Source: Octopus vulgaris (Eukaryota). From it: a stretch of 64,000 nucleotides of DNA. Where the stretch lies: assembly GCA_951406725.2 (NCBI GenBank), contig OX597820.1, positions 22,630,001 through 22,694,000 of the forward strand. The letters run 5' to 3'. Made by a program: the position numbers and the translations under genes. Positions 51,507-64,000 of this stretch are shown one piece after another. Position 1 is the first letter of the stretch. Each line of letters opens with the position of its first letter. Under the pieces are notes generated by a model, which did no database searches, was not told where the DNA came from, and saw nothing but the letters and a program-made list of their open reading frames with translations.

Positions 51507-51993
51507 ACATTATTTACATTTGATGGATATTTGTCCTCATCTTGCTTGCTGTTAACACAACGTTTTGGCTGATATACGCTCCAGCCTTCATCAGATGTCT
51601 TGGAGAAATTTCGAACCAGGGTTCTCATTCCTAAGGTATTTTTTGATGTTATTAATATTATTATTATTCAGCTCACTGCCTGGAATCGAACTTGGAATCT
51701 TGGGGTTAGTAACCTGCACTCTTAACCACTACACCATAACCCCATGGGCGTAGTGGTTAAGAGCGCGGGCTACTAACTCCAAGATTCCAAGTTCAATTCC
51801 AAACAGTGACCTGAACAATAATAATAATGATAATAATAATAATAATAACAACAACATCGAAAAATACCTTAGGAATGAGAACCCGGGTTCGAAATTTCCC
51901 CTAGACACCTGACGAAGGCTGGAGGGTATATCAGCCAAAATGTGTTAACAACAAACAAGATAAGGATAAATATCCATCAAATTTAAATAATGT
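51507..51993. mobile_element. Head-to-head inverted pair of tRNA-headed elements with hammerhead-like tails
   Basis: Arms 51507-51735 and 51747-51993. Each has an A box (TAGTGGTTAAG), a B box (GTTCRATTCC), (AAT)n, and CTGAYGA-A-GGCTG...CAGCC-AAAA. Confidence 0.85.
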
Positions 51994-52600
51994 ACATAAC
52001 TCCTCATCTCTTAAATATAGAACTGTAATGACATTATCCAGCTCTATTTTGTGTTTGTCTGTTCCCCAATCATTTTACATAGTGCACTGGGTGCATTTTA
52101 TCATGTGGCTGCCTCGTACTCTGCACGAGGAAAGGGTGACTTTACCAGTGTATGTTGTCCCTGGTCAGGACGATGTAACCAATAAGATGGTGACTGCAGA
52201 AAAGGAAACGATCAGAAGGGAAGAGAGAGATAAATGTGAGTATGGTGATGGTGGAATGATTAGGTGACAAAGAAATTAAGAAGTCAAGAGAATAAAGGAC
52301 ATCAATAAGGAGGGGATCTGAGGGAAAAGCCATATATATTTTTGGGTGAGAGAGAGAGAGAGAGAGAGAACAGTTGTGTTTTTTGTATCAGTGTTTTTGT
52401 GGGGGTTTATTTTGTATATTAAATTTACTGCAGATCTAGTTAGAATGTAGAAAGTTCATCATTGACCTGGGTCAGTTCTGATCAAGCAGACAAACTATAG
52501 AAGGCATTCTAGTCATGAATATTTTGCCAGTATCTATATCAGGGACATATTGTCCAGTATATCTTTCTTTTTTTTTTTGAAGACTTGTGCAATGTCAGAG

Positions 52601-52834
52601 CTAACCCTTTAGTACTCAAATTATTCTGTCAAAAGTAATGTTTAATTTATTCGCATTGTTTTGAATTAATTATGCATTATTTTGAAGCTTTGAGATTTTG
52701 ATGAGGTGGCTTAATTTTTTAGAATGATATTGTAGGGTTGGTGTGAGGGAGGGGAGTCAGATGTGGCCAATTTGAATATAAAACAGGTAGAATATTTTGG
52801 CCAGATATGGCTGATTTAAATGCTAAGGGGTTAA
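52601..52834. mobile_element. MITE family M2 (reverse orientation)
   Basis: TAACCCTTTAGTA...AATGCTAAGGGG-TTAA. Confidence 0.78.
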
Positions 52835-53446
52835 GGAAGATTTAAACGGTCATGTCCAACTTGAGTGGACACCTATGAGGATATCATTCTACAAGTGGTT
52901 TCCATCTTTTAATATCTCAAATGGAATCCTTTGGTTTTTAAGCCAATAGAGTGATGGCTTACCTGAGTGATGGCAACAATGTCACCACTTGTATGATGGT
53001 GAAGTTTGTTTACCATTATCATGCGATGTCAAGACACATCCACACACGAGTGCAATTAGCTTCTTTTCAGTTTCTGCCAACCAGATTAATTCACAAGGCT
53101 ACAATAGTGTTATTTTAGGGAGCTTTGACTGCTATTTTTAATATCTCAACCTCACATATAAAGGCTTCTTTTGTTCATTATTATTATTTAGCATCAGGTT
53201 AGAGCTATGTTAGAAGATATCCTAAACATGACCATCCTGTCATTTTGTATAAAAGGGACTATTTTGGCAATGTCACTGTCTTTTTTAAGACTGCTGGATG
53301 AGTGATTGGAAGGAGATTTGACTGCTATTTTTATAAAGTTTAGCTACCCCAAAAAAGATTCCATCATTGGCAGATATATACATATGTATGAATGTTGTGC
53401 ACCCGGAAGGAAGTTGAGACAGAAACCATCTATTTTAAATAGTACA

Positions 53447-53487
<41 letters not shown>

Positions 53488-53997
53488 CACATATGCACGT
53501 GTATACAAGTATTTAGATATACACCCTCTCAACTCACTGATTTTTGAATCATGGGAAACCAAATATTGTCTTTATGCATTGTTTCTTTTAAATTGATTTG
53601 TTTTATAAATTACATAAGAGATGGTTTTTTTAAAAAAAAATTGTTAAATAATGGAACAGACAACAAATTGTTGTTATTTGCATGACAAGAACAACAAGAA
53701 TCACCAAAGCAGCACGGAATTGATTGAAGGCAAAAAAAAAAGAAAAAAGAACCAAGACAAAAATAATGCATTATACTATGAAACGATGCAAGCTGAAGTG
53801 GTGCAATAGAAGTGAATTGGGAGTTTTGAAAAGAAAACTGCATGCAAGATAGAAAGAGAGAGATATAGAGAAAAAGGAATCTAGAAAGGGAGGAAGAGAA
53901 AGACAGAGAGAGAAAGAGTGGGAGAGAGAGATGCAGCAGACTTCCATGCTAAGAACAAAATTGATTCAGTTGAAATCAGCCATAACAATTAGCAATT

Positions 53998-54034
<37 letters not shown>

Positions 54035-55159
54035 CATACATATATATAGACACACATACACGCACTCAACCTCTGCTTGGAATCTAACTAATGACAAGAA
54101 ATTCCAATATATAAGAGAGCTCCAAGTCATTTTAGTTGGAAACAACAGGTCAGCATAAAATTAAAATTAGACACGATTTCAGAGCTAATTTTTGTTTTGT
54201 AAATATACATCTATACATAAGCATATATATATATAATTTACTCTTATTATATGTTCGTTAATCATTGAAATTAAACCCCATAGATTAGATATTATTGATG
54301 AGATTTATTTTTCTATTTACTTGAAAAAAATTTTATATATATGTATGATGGTGTATATAAAGTTTATTAAAAAGAGCGATGAGAAATCAAATTATATATA
54401 TGCCAATATGAAGAAAAAAATATATTAAATATTGAAGTTGAGCACGTCATTAAAGAAGATATAAGTAAATTGAAAGGACAGTGGTTGCTAGTGACTGTAT
54501 GGTAGTATGGATACTAATAACATGGATTTTTAACAAAGAGTGGAAACTATTTTGGGGGATTATTTTATTGCTAGATAGAATATAAGTTTCTTTTTATATC
54601 AATTCCAGATACAAAGATTTAAGATTTTAAATAAGTGGACAGATTTGATTTCATTGAAAATCCCAAATTGTGATATATAAGGTAGTGCACTTGTATTTTA
54701 ATAGAATGATTTGTATTAAGACATACTGATTAGATTCCATCTAATTTCTCAAATACTAATAACTAGAAAATAGAGACTAAAAAAAAAAAAAAAAATTAGT
54801 GTTAAAGATACGTCTTGACATATAATTTGTTTCTATACTTTTTGGGAACTAAGACGAAAATATTTAATTGCATTTTTATTTCTTTTATTTTTACAACTCC
54901 TTCGCAAAATTTAAAACGTAAAGCAAAGCCTTTAGTCAAGAGACAAGATGATCGAGCGACCCCCTTAAAAATAAAAACAAACAAACAAAGAGGAAAAGAG
55001 CACATGCCAAAATAATACATACAAAGCAAGTTTATAAGAAAATAAAATGAGATAATATAAAGTACAAAAGGAAGTGGGGGGGAGCAAGTAAATTGTATGA
55101 TAACACTGAAATGACAGAATCAGGGCAAAGAGACAGAAAAGACAAATAAGCAGATTGAG

Positions 55160-55200
<41 letters not shown>

Positions 55201-55203
<3 letters not shown>

Positions 55204-55499
55204 GAGGCACATGGCCTAGTGGTTAGAGCAGCAGACTAGTGGTCGAAGGATCAAGGGTTTGAATCTCAGACCGGGCGATAGGTGTGCTTATGAGCGAAAC
55301 ACCTAAGCACCACGTGGCTCCGGCAGAAGGTAATGGCTAACTTCTGTGGACTCTTTCGCCACAACTTTCTCTCACTTTTTCCTCCTGCATCTTGCAGCTC
55401 ACCTTCGACAGACCGGTGTCCCGTCCAGGTGGGGAACCTATATGCCAAGGAAACCGGCCCTTATGAGCCAGGCGTGGCTCGAGAAGGAACAAACAACAA
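55201..55499 (+). mobile_element. tRNA-derived SINE (family E) inserted in (TA)n
   Basis: Head TGGCCTAGTGGTTAGAGC...GGTTTGAATCTC, GC-rich body and (AAC) tail; TA repeats on both sides. Confidence 0.8.
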
Positions 55500-56199
55500 T
55501 ATATATATATATATATATGTGTCTCAATCTGTTTATTTATATATATATACATACACATAGATAGATATCTATCTATATATATATACATATGTAATTCTGA
55601 GGACTGTAAAGAATAAAATGTCAAACAATGAGACAAAACTTTTTGCAACAAAGTTCATAAGAACGTAAAAAAAAAATACATAATGGAGCAGTAGAAAGAA
55701 AAAAGAACAAAGAAAAGAAAGAAAAAAGCCGCAAACCATTTCCACTAAACAGGAAGGAACCTTTTGAAATCATGCTTTTAAATAGAAAAGCTAAGCACAC
55801 AAGACAAAACAAAAATACATAATACATTTCAACTTTTTCAGGCAACAATCTTATACAGAGAAATTTTAAAGATAAAAAAATATAAAGATCAAAAGACCAA
55901 TAAGACGGTATGAAACATTCAGGTTTATCTTTTTTGCTTTTTTTTCTAAATATTTTTTTTTTTTGAAAGCCTATAATTTTGAAGATGTTGTTCTGGACCT
56001 AGATTAATTCTCCTCTATGTATAAAGCATACTCATGCATGAAAACATGCCATTTTGCTAATTATTTCCATACATGATTGAATCTTAAAATATTAACAGGG
56101 TCATTCAACAACAAGTCAACATAAAATTTGAAAAGATAAAAAACAAAAAAAAAAAAAACTACAATTGAGTAATTCTATATTGTATAATAATAATAATAA

Positions 56200-56400
56200 A
56201 TGCCCTGATGCAGTACCAGGCAGTGGCTCTCGTGGCTTCTGATCCCAACTGATTGGAAGTGTTATCATGTACATTGTTTTGTCTTGGTATAAAAGATGGG
56301 CTACAGCAAATATTCTGCTCAATACCAGACTTGCTTGTCAGTTGCTTGACCTTAACCAGTTGACCATGTCCCCTAGTGGCTGACAATATGTGCATCTCTG
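56200..56400. mobile_element. Family D repeat fragment next to (AAT)n
   Basis: Overlapping homology with 11300-11425. Confidence 0.6.
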
Positions 56401-57393
56401 TATTCCTAGCAACTGTCCCACATGAATATGAATTGGATTTAAAACTACATTTATAAAATAAAAATAAATTAAATTAGAATAAAAACGTAACACATATTCT
56501 TAGTCAGCAGTGCCAAGTTGAACACAATTGTCACAGTAAGATGTGAACTGGTTCATTCAGTTTCAAGTTAGACAAGCCAAGCTATTCCTTATAAATGACA
56601 TTCATTTCCAAACAACCTGTGAAACACCAGGGCTCTCTAATACCCTATTTTTTCTTCTCATTTTATTCACCTTGCTGTGAGATAAATGATAACTCCTGTA
56701 CAGTAGTATGTAATAGTTATTACTTTTCTGGGAAAAATATTGCACCAAACTGTTTTTAACTCCAAGTTAGGCCTATAACAAAACAGATTATCATCAAAGG
56801 CATTCCAGCAGTATCTCATCTCATCTCATTTTCAGGTCCTTCCTGAGGAGATTCTGGCTGCTATTTCCAGCAGACGAAGTAACCACAAAGAGGCCTTAGT
56901 TGAATGTAGTAATTTCTTTCAACCAAAATGCAACTTTATCAGACTGGAAAATTAGCTAGATTAAACCTACTGGGAAAGTAAGGAGACATCAATGATGTTT
57001 GTGACATAACAGCTGTATGGTGACTATAAGGCACATTGCTGAGCGCTGAAAGTTGAATGACTACATTCCAAGAAGATTGAATTCATTATGGAAATAACTA
57101 GATCTTTCGGGAAGAATACTAGCTTTGCATTGTGTATATTATTTGTTAATGCACTTTAATTTCGATGATGCCAGCAGAGAAGGAAATTAAAGGAAAAGCC
57201 TAATTATTTTTCTTCTTAATCATTATCATAAACTGTTATGGCAGTTAATTAATAAATTGCAATGTTTAACTGCAGTGGCAAGCTGATAATGATAGCAAGT
57301 ACCTGAGCCTTACTCTGGTAACGGTGGTGTCAAATAAGGGTACTGAATGTCATACCTGTGACCAATACACATGCAATTTTTCAGCAAACCTAC

Positions 57394-57462
57394 CTCATCC
57401 AAGCGGCGCTCAGTCCCTAAAGCAAGCATATTATTAAATTCACGTTCTAATAATTGTCGGGT
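57394..57462 (-). CDS. PPFIA: liprin-alpha exon (end of SAM3)
   Basis: TRQLLEREFNNMLALGTERRLDE. Acceptor ttctacag|ACC, donor GAG|gtaggt; 69 nt, phase 0 to 0. Confidence 0.95.
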
Positions 57463-57999
57463 CTGTAGAAAGAGAAGATAAAAGAAAATATATATATTAT
57501 ACATACATATATAAAAAAGAAGTTGTAATAAAGTGGACAGTTATAATCAATTTAAAATTACAATAAAAATATGAAAAGACTGAATGGAGACAAATGATTG
57601 AGAAAAAGTGTGATCCAAGTTAGTTGAATATATTATTTCAAGTAACTGTGTAGCTTCTGTTGAATTACCAAATACAGCCAATTTGATTTAATTGCAAAGC
57701 TTGTAATATGGGAATTATGTAATTAAATGGAATAGGCAATTAAGTAAATTTGCATAGGAGGCAGATAATTTACAAGATTTCAATATGTTGTATGTAGAAA
57801 AATAAAGTGGCTATATTACACATTTTGGATTAGATTGGATTGCCCATGTTCAGTCCACAGCAGAATGAAGGCCTCAGCATGTTCTCTCCACTAGCCATGG
57901 TCTGATGTGGAGGCTGTGAATTTGAGCTTGAGATCATACTGGTTTGATGAACCTACTCTGCCATACTGGCTCGGCATGGCTTGGTAGAGGGGTGCCCAA

Positions 58000-58178
58000 G
58001 AATAGTTAAGTCAATTACATTGACTCCAGTGTGCAACCGGTACTCATTTTTATCAACCCCGAAAAGATGAAAGGCAAAGTTGGGCTTGGCGGAATCTGAA
58101 CTCAGAACCTACGGATGAACAAAATATCACTAAGCCTTTTGCTTGGTGTGCTAATGATTCTGTCAGCTTGCTGCCATA
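58000..58178 (-). mobile_element. MetaSINE-like family B
   Basis: Core GATGAAAGGCAAAG and GAACTCAGAAC segments. Confidence 0.75.
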
Positions 58179-58609
58179 TTGCAAATGTTTGTTTATTCAA
58201 CAAGCCCGAGGGCTGCTTTGGCAAGGTTTATAACAGCTGGATGCCCTTCCTAACACCAACTACTTCTCTACAGCATAAATTGGGTGCTTTTTTTCCTGGC
58301 ACCAGCACTAGTGGAGTCACCAAGGATCTTGCAAAACAAGAGCCCTTCACAAAGTGAGGGCACAATATTGAGGGAGGTGGCATTGTGCCAGGTGTAGAGA
58401 GGCTAAAGTAGGAAAGAGGGACAGGAACAAGTATCTCACTGTAGAGGAGATACATAGGTACCCTAGATAGATAAAATTTCAAGAAAGAACATAAAAGAAA
58501 GAAATTACTTAACAAAAACCACCCTACTGATGCTAGGATGGCAAAAAAAAAAAAGGATTTAAACAGGACAAAATACTTGAGAAATAAATAAGTAAAATGT
58601 GTAACTTAC

Positions 58610-58785
58610 TTGTGTATTTTGAGTGGGGATTTGTAGAGCTAATGCCATACTGTTATGGTCAAAACTTTCATCCAGCGCTACCAGAGCTCCATGGACTCCA
58701 GATTCAAATAAGTTATTTGCGAATTCCTTCAACCCAATGGACTGAACCCATTTAATGACTCGTTCATTTGTCCAGACAAGTACAT
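58610..58785 (-). CDS. PPFIA: liprin-alpha exon (SAM3 domain)
   Basis: (D)[58 protein letters not shown]. Acceptor ttttgcag|AT, donor CAA|gtaagt; 176 nt, phase 1 to 0. Confidence 0.96.
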
Positions 58786-60834
58786 CTGCAAAAACAAGAG
58801 GAAAAGAATGAAAACCATATCATGGAACTAGGAAAGGAATAAAGGAAAAAAATCCCAAATAGTCAATAAAATCCAATGAAGTTTTAAACTATTTTTCATT
58901 TAGTGTTTCAAAGACAGAGCAAAAAGACATTTTGCCCGAACAGTGTCCTACTAGCTATACAAAAAAAAGATGGATTGGATATGAGTAATATTTCATTTGG
59001 AATGTTGAAATGTATTTTTTATGAAACTGAAATTTAACTAGGGACCACCTATCAGTCCTTCTGTGTCACATCAGGTACTTAGAGTGCAGGAAAGGCTATT
59101 TGGTTAAGACATTTATTTGCTTAGCAACCACATGGTTCCAGGTTCAATCCTACAGGATGAAACCACCTTCAGCAAGTGTCTTTTACCATGACTTCAAATC
59201 AACCAATACCTTACGAGCTAAATCTGGTAGACGAAAACTGTGTGGAAGCTCACTGTGTGCACTTGTCTGTGTGTGTGTGTGTGCATGCACATACACATGC
59301 ATATATATCACCATCATGCTGGTCTGAGCTGAATGGTTTGACAGGAGCCACACCAAGTTTCACTGCCTGCTTTGGCATGGTCTCTATAGCTGGTATGTGT
59401 TGGACATTTTGAGAAGGAGTCAACAAGTCAGAGGAGTGTGTCGTGCTTCAAAGTCTGCTATGATATGGTTTCTGTAGCTGGATGCCTTTACTAACACCAA
59501 ACACTTACAATGGACTTTACAGCGTACAGGTAATCTGCAGGATGCAAACCCCACTCCTTGACTGAATACAGAAAAGAGGGAGGTAGCTTTTTTTGTTAGT
59601 TGTTGAGATGTTAAAGTATGAAAGAAAGGACATTAACAGGGTTTTTTTTTTGCTGTGGAGGACAAACATTATATAAGGTCAGGTCAGAGTAATCAAGGTG
59701 GAGCTGGGAAGAGAGACAAAGATAGTGGTGATGACATGTTAGAGTGTACCTTTAAGGTACATGAAGGTGAAAAGCAGTGAGTGTAAGGACAGAAGATTGG
59801 GAAAGGATGGATGGATAGAGGTTGTAAGAGTGTGTGGAGAGAGTAAGAGAGAGACATTACAAGCTTCCGGTGTCCATTTCCATCATAAGTCATTAGTCAT
59901 TAAACTGGTGCGTTCTAACAAGAATACAATTTGGGCAGAATGAATTCTGCTCAAATTGCTTAGAAACTCCCTTCTCACTTTTGCCATTTGCAGATGCAGG
60001 AAACCAAGGATTGGTTTGTTAGAAATGTATGATCAACAACACTTGTTCACAAAATATATGAGCCTTTTCCTTTCTCCTATTTGGGTAGTCCACATTAATC
60101 CATGAGGAGCATCAGGCTGGTTTCCTGGTCCATCCCAAGATTACTCATTTTTGGCATCTGAGTGAATTGGAGCAATATCAAATGAAGTGCTTTACACAAA
60201 AACTCAATGCACCGCCCAGTCCAGGAATTGAAACCAAAATCTTATGGTCATGAGTCCAACACCCTAACCACTAAGCTATGCACTGGTATTTAGCTGTGCT
60301 ATTTCCATCTCCACAAGATAAATTCATAATTTTTTTTATCATAGTAAGACAGATACACCTCCATATATAAATATACCAGTGGGCCATTTCCTATTTATAC
60401 CTTAAAATAGTTAATCTATTAATCCGTTCAGTTATCCAATTATTCACTTGCTTTTCTTAACAGCCATTTTTCCATCCCAGAAATTTCTGGATGGATGTTG
60501 TTCTTGTCACCAACTCTTACTTGTTTTTCAAACAAAGGATTCATTTTTTATTTTGCTGGTTTTAGAAAGCCAAGACTGACTGGTCATAATGTCAACAAGG
60601 AAAGTAAACATCATTTCACTATTTTACTCATATGGAGACAAGTGATACTGTGGAATGTCAGCATTTGTGTACATACACACAATATGCTCCATATATCAAT
60701 TCCACTCAGAAGGAGTTGGTCAACCCAGGGCTAGTGTAGAAGACTCAAGGTAGTGCTCAGTGGGACTGTGAAGTGAACTTCTTAGCCACAGAATAATGCT
60801 CATGCCTTTGAGAAAATAAAAAAAAAAACAGACC

Positions 60835-61190
60835 TTGTTGTGAGGTTAAGAAGACTGCTATGCAACCACATGGTTTTGGGTTCAGTCTCACTGCATGGCA
60901 CCTTGGGCAAGTATCTTGCACTATAGCCCTGGGCCAACAAATATCTAATGAGTGAATTTGGTAGAGAGAAACTATATGGCTGCCCATTATATATGAGTGT
61001 GTGGCCTTTGTGCCTGTGTTTGTTCCACCACTACTTGACATAGCAGTTCAGCAAAAGAGACTAATAGAGTAAGTACCAGACTTCGAAAATAAGCACTGGG
61101 ACCATTTTGTCCAACTGAAACACTTCAAGGCCCATTCATTGAATTGTACCCCAGTATGGGCAGAATCCAATGACTGAAATAAGCAAATGA
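60835..61190 (+). mobile_element. SINE family A, diverged
   Basis: Head, TGGCACCTTGGGCAAGT core and tail are recognisable. Confidence 0.75.
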
Positions 61191-61338
61191 AGACAATAAA
61201 AGTTTTAAAAAAATAAAAATTATATCTCAAGTTAATAAATTTAGTTTATCTTGATAACAGATGATAATTCAATATCCTGAAATTAGTGTTTGTGTAATTA
61301 ACTGTTTCACATTAAATGATTAAACAATGTTTACTGAC

Positions 61339-61436
61339 CTTTCATTTCAGACGAACTCTCTTCTCGGCGTCTTTCTAATTCTTTTCTATCATAATTTATT
61401 TTTTTCAAACTATTTATTCCATATTGTAAGCTTGTT
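61339..61436 (-). CDS. PPFIA: liprin-alpha exon (SAM2 end and linker)
   Basis: (R)TSLQYGINSLKKINYDRKELERRREESSSEMK(D). Acceptor ttttag|A, donor G|gtcagt; 98 nt, phase 2 to 1, compatible with both neighbours. Confidence 0.95.
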
Positions 61437-61866
61437 CTAAAAATAAAGTTATTAAAAATAACGAAGTGATAATTAGTTATAAATGGCGAGTAATTGTCTT
61501 CATGCAGTATTAATTACAAAGACAAAATAGTTGATTAAGTCATATTAGATAAGACCAGTTCTGTCATTAAATTCTTTTCTTTCTTCAGAGAAGTTAAAAT
61601 TTTCAAAAAAAATAAAATAAAATAAAATTTAATAATAGAATTCAAGAAATTAAGATTAATCACCACATGATAATTAATTGAACGAAAAACATATTTACAC
61701 AGAAATAGCTGCTTCATCACAAATGAGTGAACCATCATGTGTGAATAAAGATTTTAATCAAAACATAATGACAGGATTTTAAATAAATCTTCTAATTGTC
61801 ATCCTATTTTGGAAGTTACAGCACTGGGACTGATAGCAAAACTGTGTTTCTGACTGTGGTCCCTGT

Positions 61867-62095
61867 TTAACCCTTTAACATTTAAACCAGCCATATCCAG
61901 CCCAAATATTCTACTCGTTTTATGTTTGAACTGGACAGATTTGCCTTCGTACACTCATCTTAAAATATCGCTCTAAAAATGAATAATCACACCACTGAAA
62001 TCTCAAAGCTACAGGATAATGCATGGTTAATTCTAAACAATGTGAGTAAATAAGCATTACATTTGATAGAACAATCTGAATGCTAAAAGGGTGAA
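61867..62095. mobile_element. MITE family M2
   Basis: TTAA-CCCTTTAACATTT...AATGCTAAAAGGG. Confidence 0.8.
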
Positions 62096-62914
62096 GCATT
62101 CTCTCTTCAGTACAACCATTTATGTGAATGTTGCTGATGCTAATGTTGATGATGACTACGGACAATATAGTAATAAGACCAATGCACGAAGGATAAAGTT
62201 ATCTCCGGCTTTTAGGTCGCATAGAATCTATCATCATGCTCTTGGTGTGACTGGAGATATTGACAACCTTTTCATGGTTATATTTCTAATGAAGTAGACT
62301 AGGTATTTAATTCATCTTAGAAATAATGAAGAATTTTGGTGGGTAAGAAAACTAAATTCATCATAGTCAAATTTGAGTTCAGAACATAACAATTAGAGTG
62401 GAATGCTTTCATTCAAGTATTAACCCTTTCAGACCTGGGCCCATGTCTGACTTTCCCCTCCATCTGGGCTCCCAAGCAAAAAAAAACAAATAGTTGCAAA
62501 TTCAGCTAAAGGGTAACAATTGCAGGTAAACAAATGGACAGAATCAGCTGAATCTGTGTTTTCTACATCTGATGTGCACTACTGCATGTTACCGGGCATC
62601 TAGCAGAGATGACATTTAACCTATTTCTGCTTTAACAAGAATATGGGGCAACAGGGGGTAACAACATTTTTTTGTTGCTCTTTTTGGCTTTTATCACAGA
62701 CCCACAAGTGGTCTCAGGCAAGTTGGCAACACAATGGTCCACTGACTGATCTAACTGATGTTTGATGTCATCACATAAAAAAGATATAACAGATATATTG
62801 AGACTATAACTACTTTGGTCATTGATCTTCAGATGTTAAAAATCTTTCTAACACTTAGTATTTTAGTCACTGTAATCTTAGTGATCAAGAGATCGTTATC
62901 ACTAGTCCAAAAAG

Positions 62915-63262
62915 TGGCTGTGTGGTAACAAGTTTGTTTCCCAACCACATAGTTCTGGGTTCAGTCTCACTGTGTGGCACCTTGGACAAGTGTCTTTTAT
63001 AGTCCCAGACCAACAAAAGCCTTGTGACTGGATTTGATAGACAGAAGCTGAAAAGAAGCCTGTCATGTGTGTGTGTTGTGTTTGTGCCTTTGTTCTACCA
63101 TCACAGCTTGACAACCGGTGTCGGTGTGTTTACATCCCTGGAACCCAGTGGTTTGATGAAAGAGACTGATGGAATAAGTACCAGGCTTACAAAATAACAA
63201 ATACTGGAGTCAATCCGAGTGTCCCAGCATGACTGCAGTCAAATGAATGAAACAAATAAAAG
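62915..63262 (+). mobile_element. SINE family A
   Basis: Full head, core and tail consensus. Confidence 0.82.
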
Positions 63263-63406
63263 AAGATTAAAACTAATCAAAAAAAAAAAAAAAGGGAAGC
63301 ATCTCGCGTTTCCAGTCCAGATTATATTGGGTAACACAAACAACAGCATTTAAAAAAATAAATAATGAATAAAAATAAAATAAAATAAAGTTTAATTTAA
63401 ACTCAC

Positions 63407-63582
63407 CTGTGGAAGCTATCTACCATTTTTAGCTGACCACGTAAATCTTTTTTCGTCAAATGATCTAGCATCCGTGCATCCACTAGGCATTCCATAAACG
63501 TGCTCCTGTACTGTGGCAGACCCAGACTTGGCAACCATTCATTGCCTATCCATTCATGGTTCATATCACCAAATGCCAAAGG
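63407..63582 (-). CDS. PPFIA: liprin-alpha exon (SAM2 domain); gene continues beyond the right edge of the window
   Basis: Translates [58 protein letters not shown](R), recognisable as liprin-alpha SAM2. Acceptor ttattaaag|CCT, donor AG|gtgagt; 176 nt, phase 0 to 2. Confidence 0.96.
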
Positions 63583-64000
63583 CTTTAATAAGGTTTAATG
63601 AAAAAGAAGTTTTGTGTTATTTTAGCAGAGAATCATGATTTTTGAGACATCTTTCAAAACAACAGAATCATATAAGTAAAATATATATATACATATATTA
63701 GCATGTCAACTAATAGGATGAATTCACTCACTCATACACATAATTGTTTCAAACATAAAAACATACTTGTTGACTTCTGAAGAACGAGACTTAAATTTTG
63801 TAGAAATAACAGCCTACCATCTTAAGAAAAAGGAAGGACAGATTAGATAATATCATCTCCAAATCATGGCTGGAGTGCTTTTGATCACAGCTTGGTACGA
63901 TCAGAGTTGACTTGAGGTAAAACAATAATCTTTGAGAAGTTCCATACAATCTAGATTCATTTTGAACACACACACACACAAACATGTCAGTAATAACGGA

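Noticed and set aside
51670-51812. tRNA genes
   Set aside because: A and B boxes are present but there is no intact acceptor stem; these are SINE-type heads. The same applies to other tRNA-like heads and the remnant at about 28260-28326.

Overview
This is AT-rich, microsatellite- and transposon-dense animal genomic DNA. The SINE families and overall composition suggest an octopus or other coleoid cephalopod (inference). The only clear host gene is the 3' part of a liprin-alpha (PPFIA/SYD-2) gene on the minus strand, with five coding exons (63407-63582, 61339-61436, 58610-58785, 57394-57462, 33694-33966) encoding SAM2, SAM3 and the C-terminal tail. A near full-length RTE-clade LINE lies at 5525-9890 on the minus strand. 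The rest is tRNA-derived SINEs, TTAA/TA/hAT MITEs, Helitron-like elements, Penelope-like inverted repeats and simple repeats. Four observations stand out. (1) The liprin stop codon (UGA) is followed in frame by 12 codons ending TVYSC*, resembling the canonical liprin-alpha PDZ-binding terminus, which suggests a readthrough or A-to-I editing switch. (2) tRNA-headed, Penelope-like elements carry minimal hammerhead-ribozyme motifs, one of them as a head-to-head inverted pair. (3) A C4HC3 PHD finger is inserted inside the LINE reverse transcriptase. (4) Seven divergent MetaSINE-like copies sit in one orientation within an (AAT)n tract. All coordinates were read by eye and repeat boundaries are approximate.
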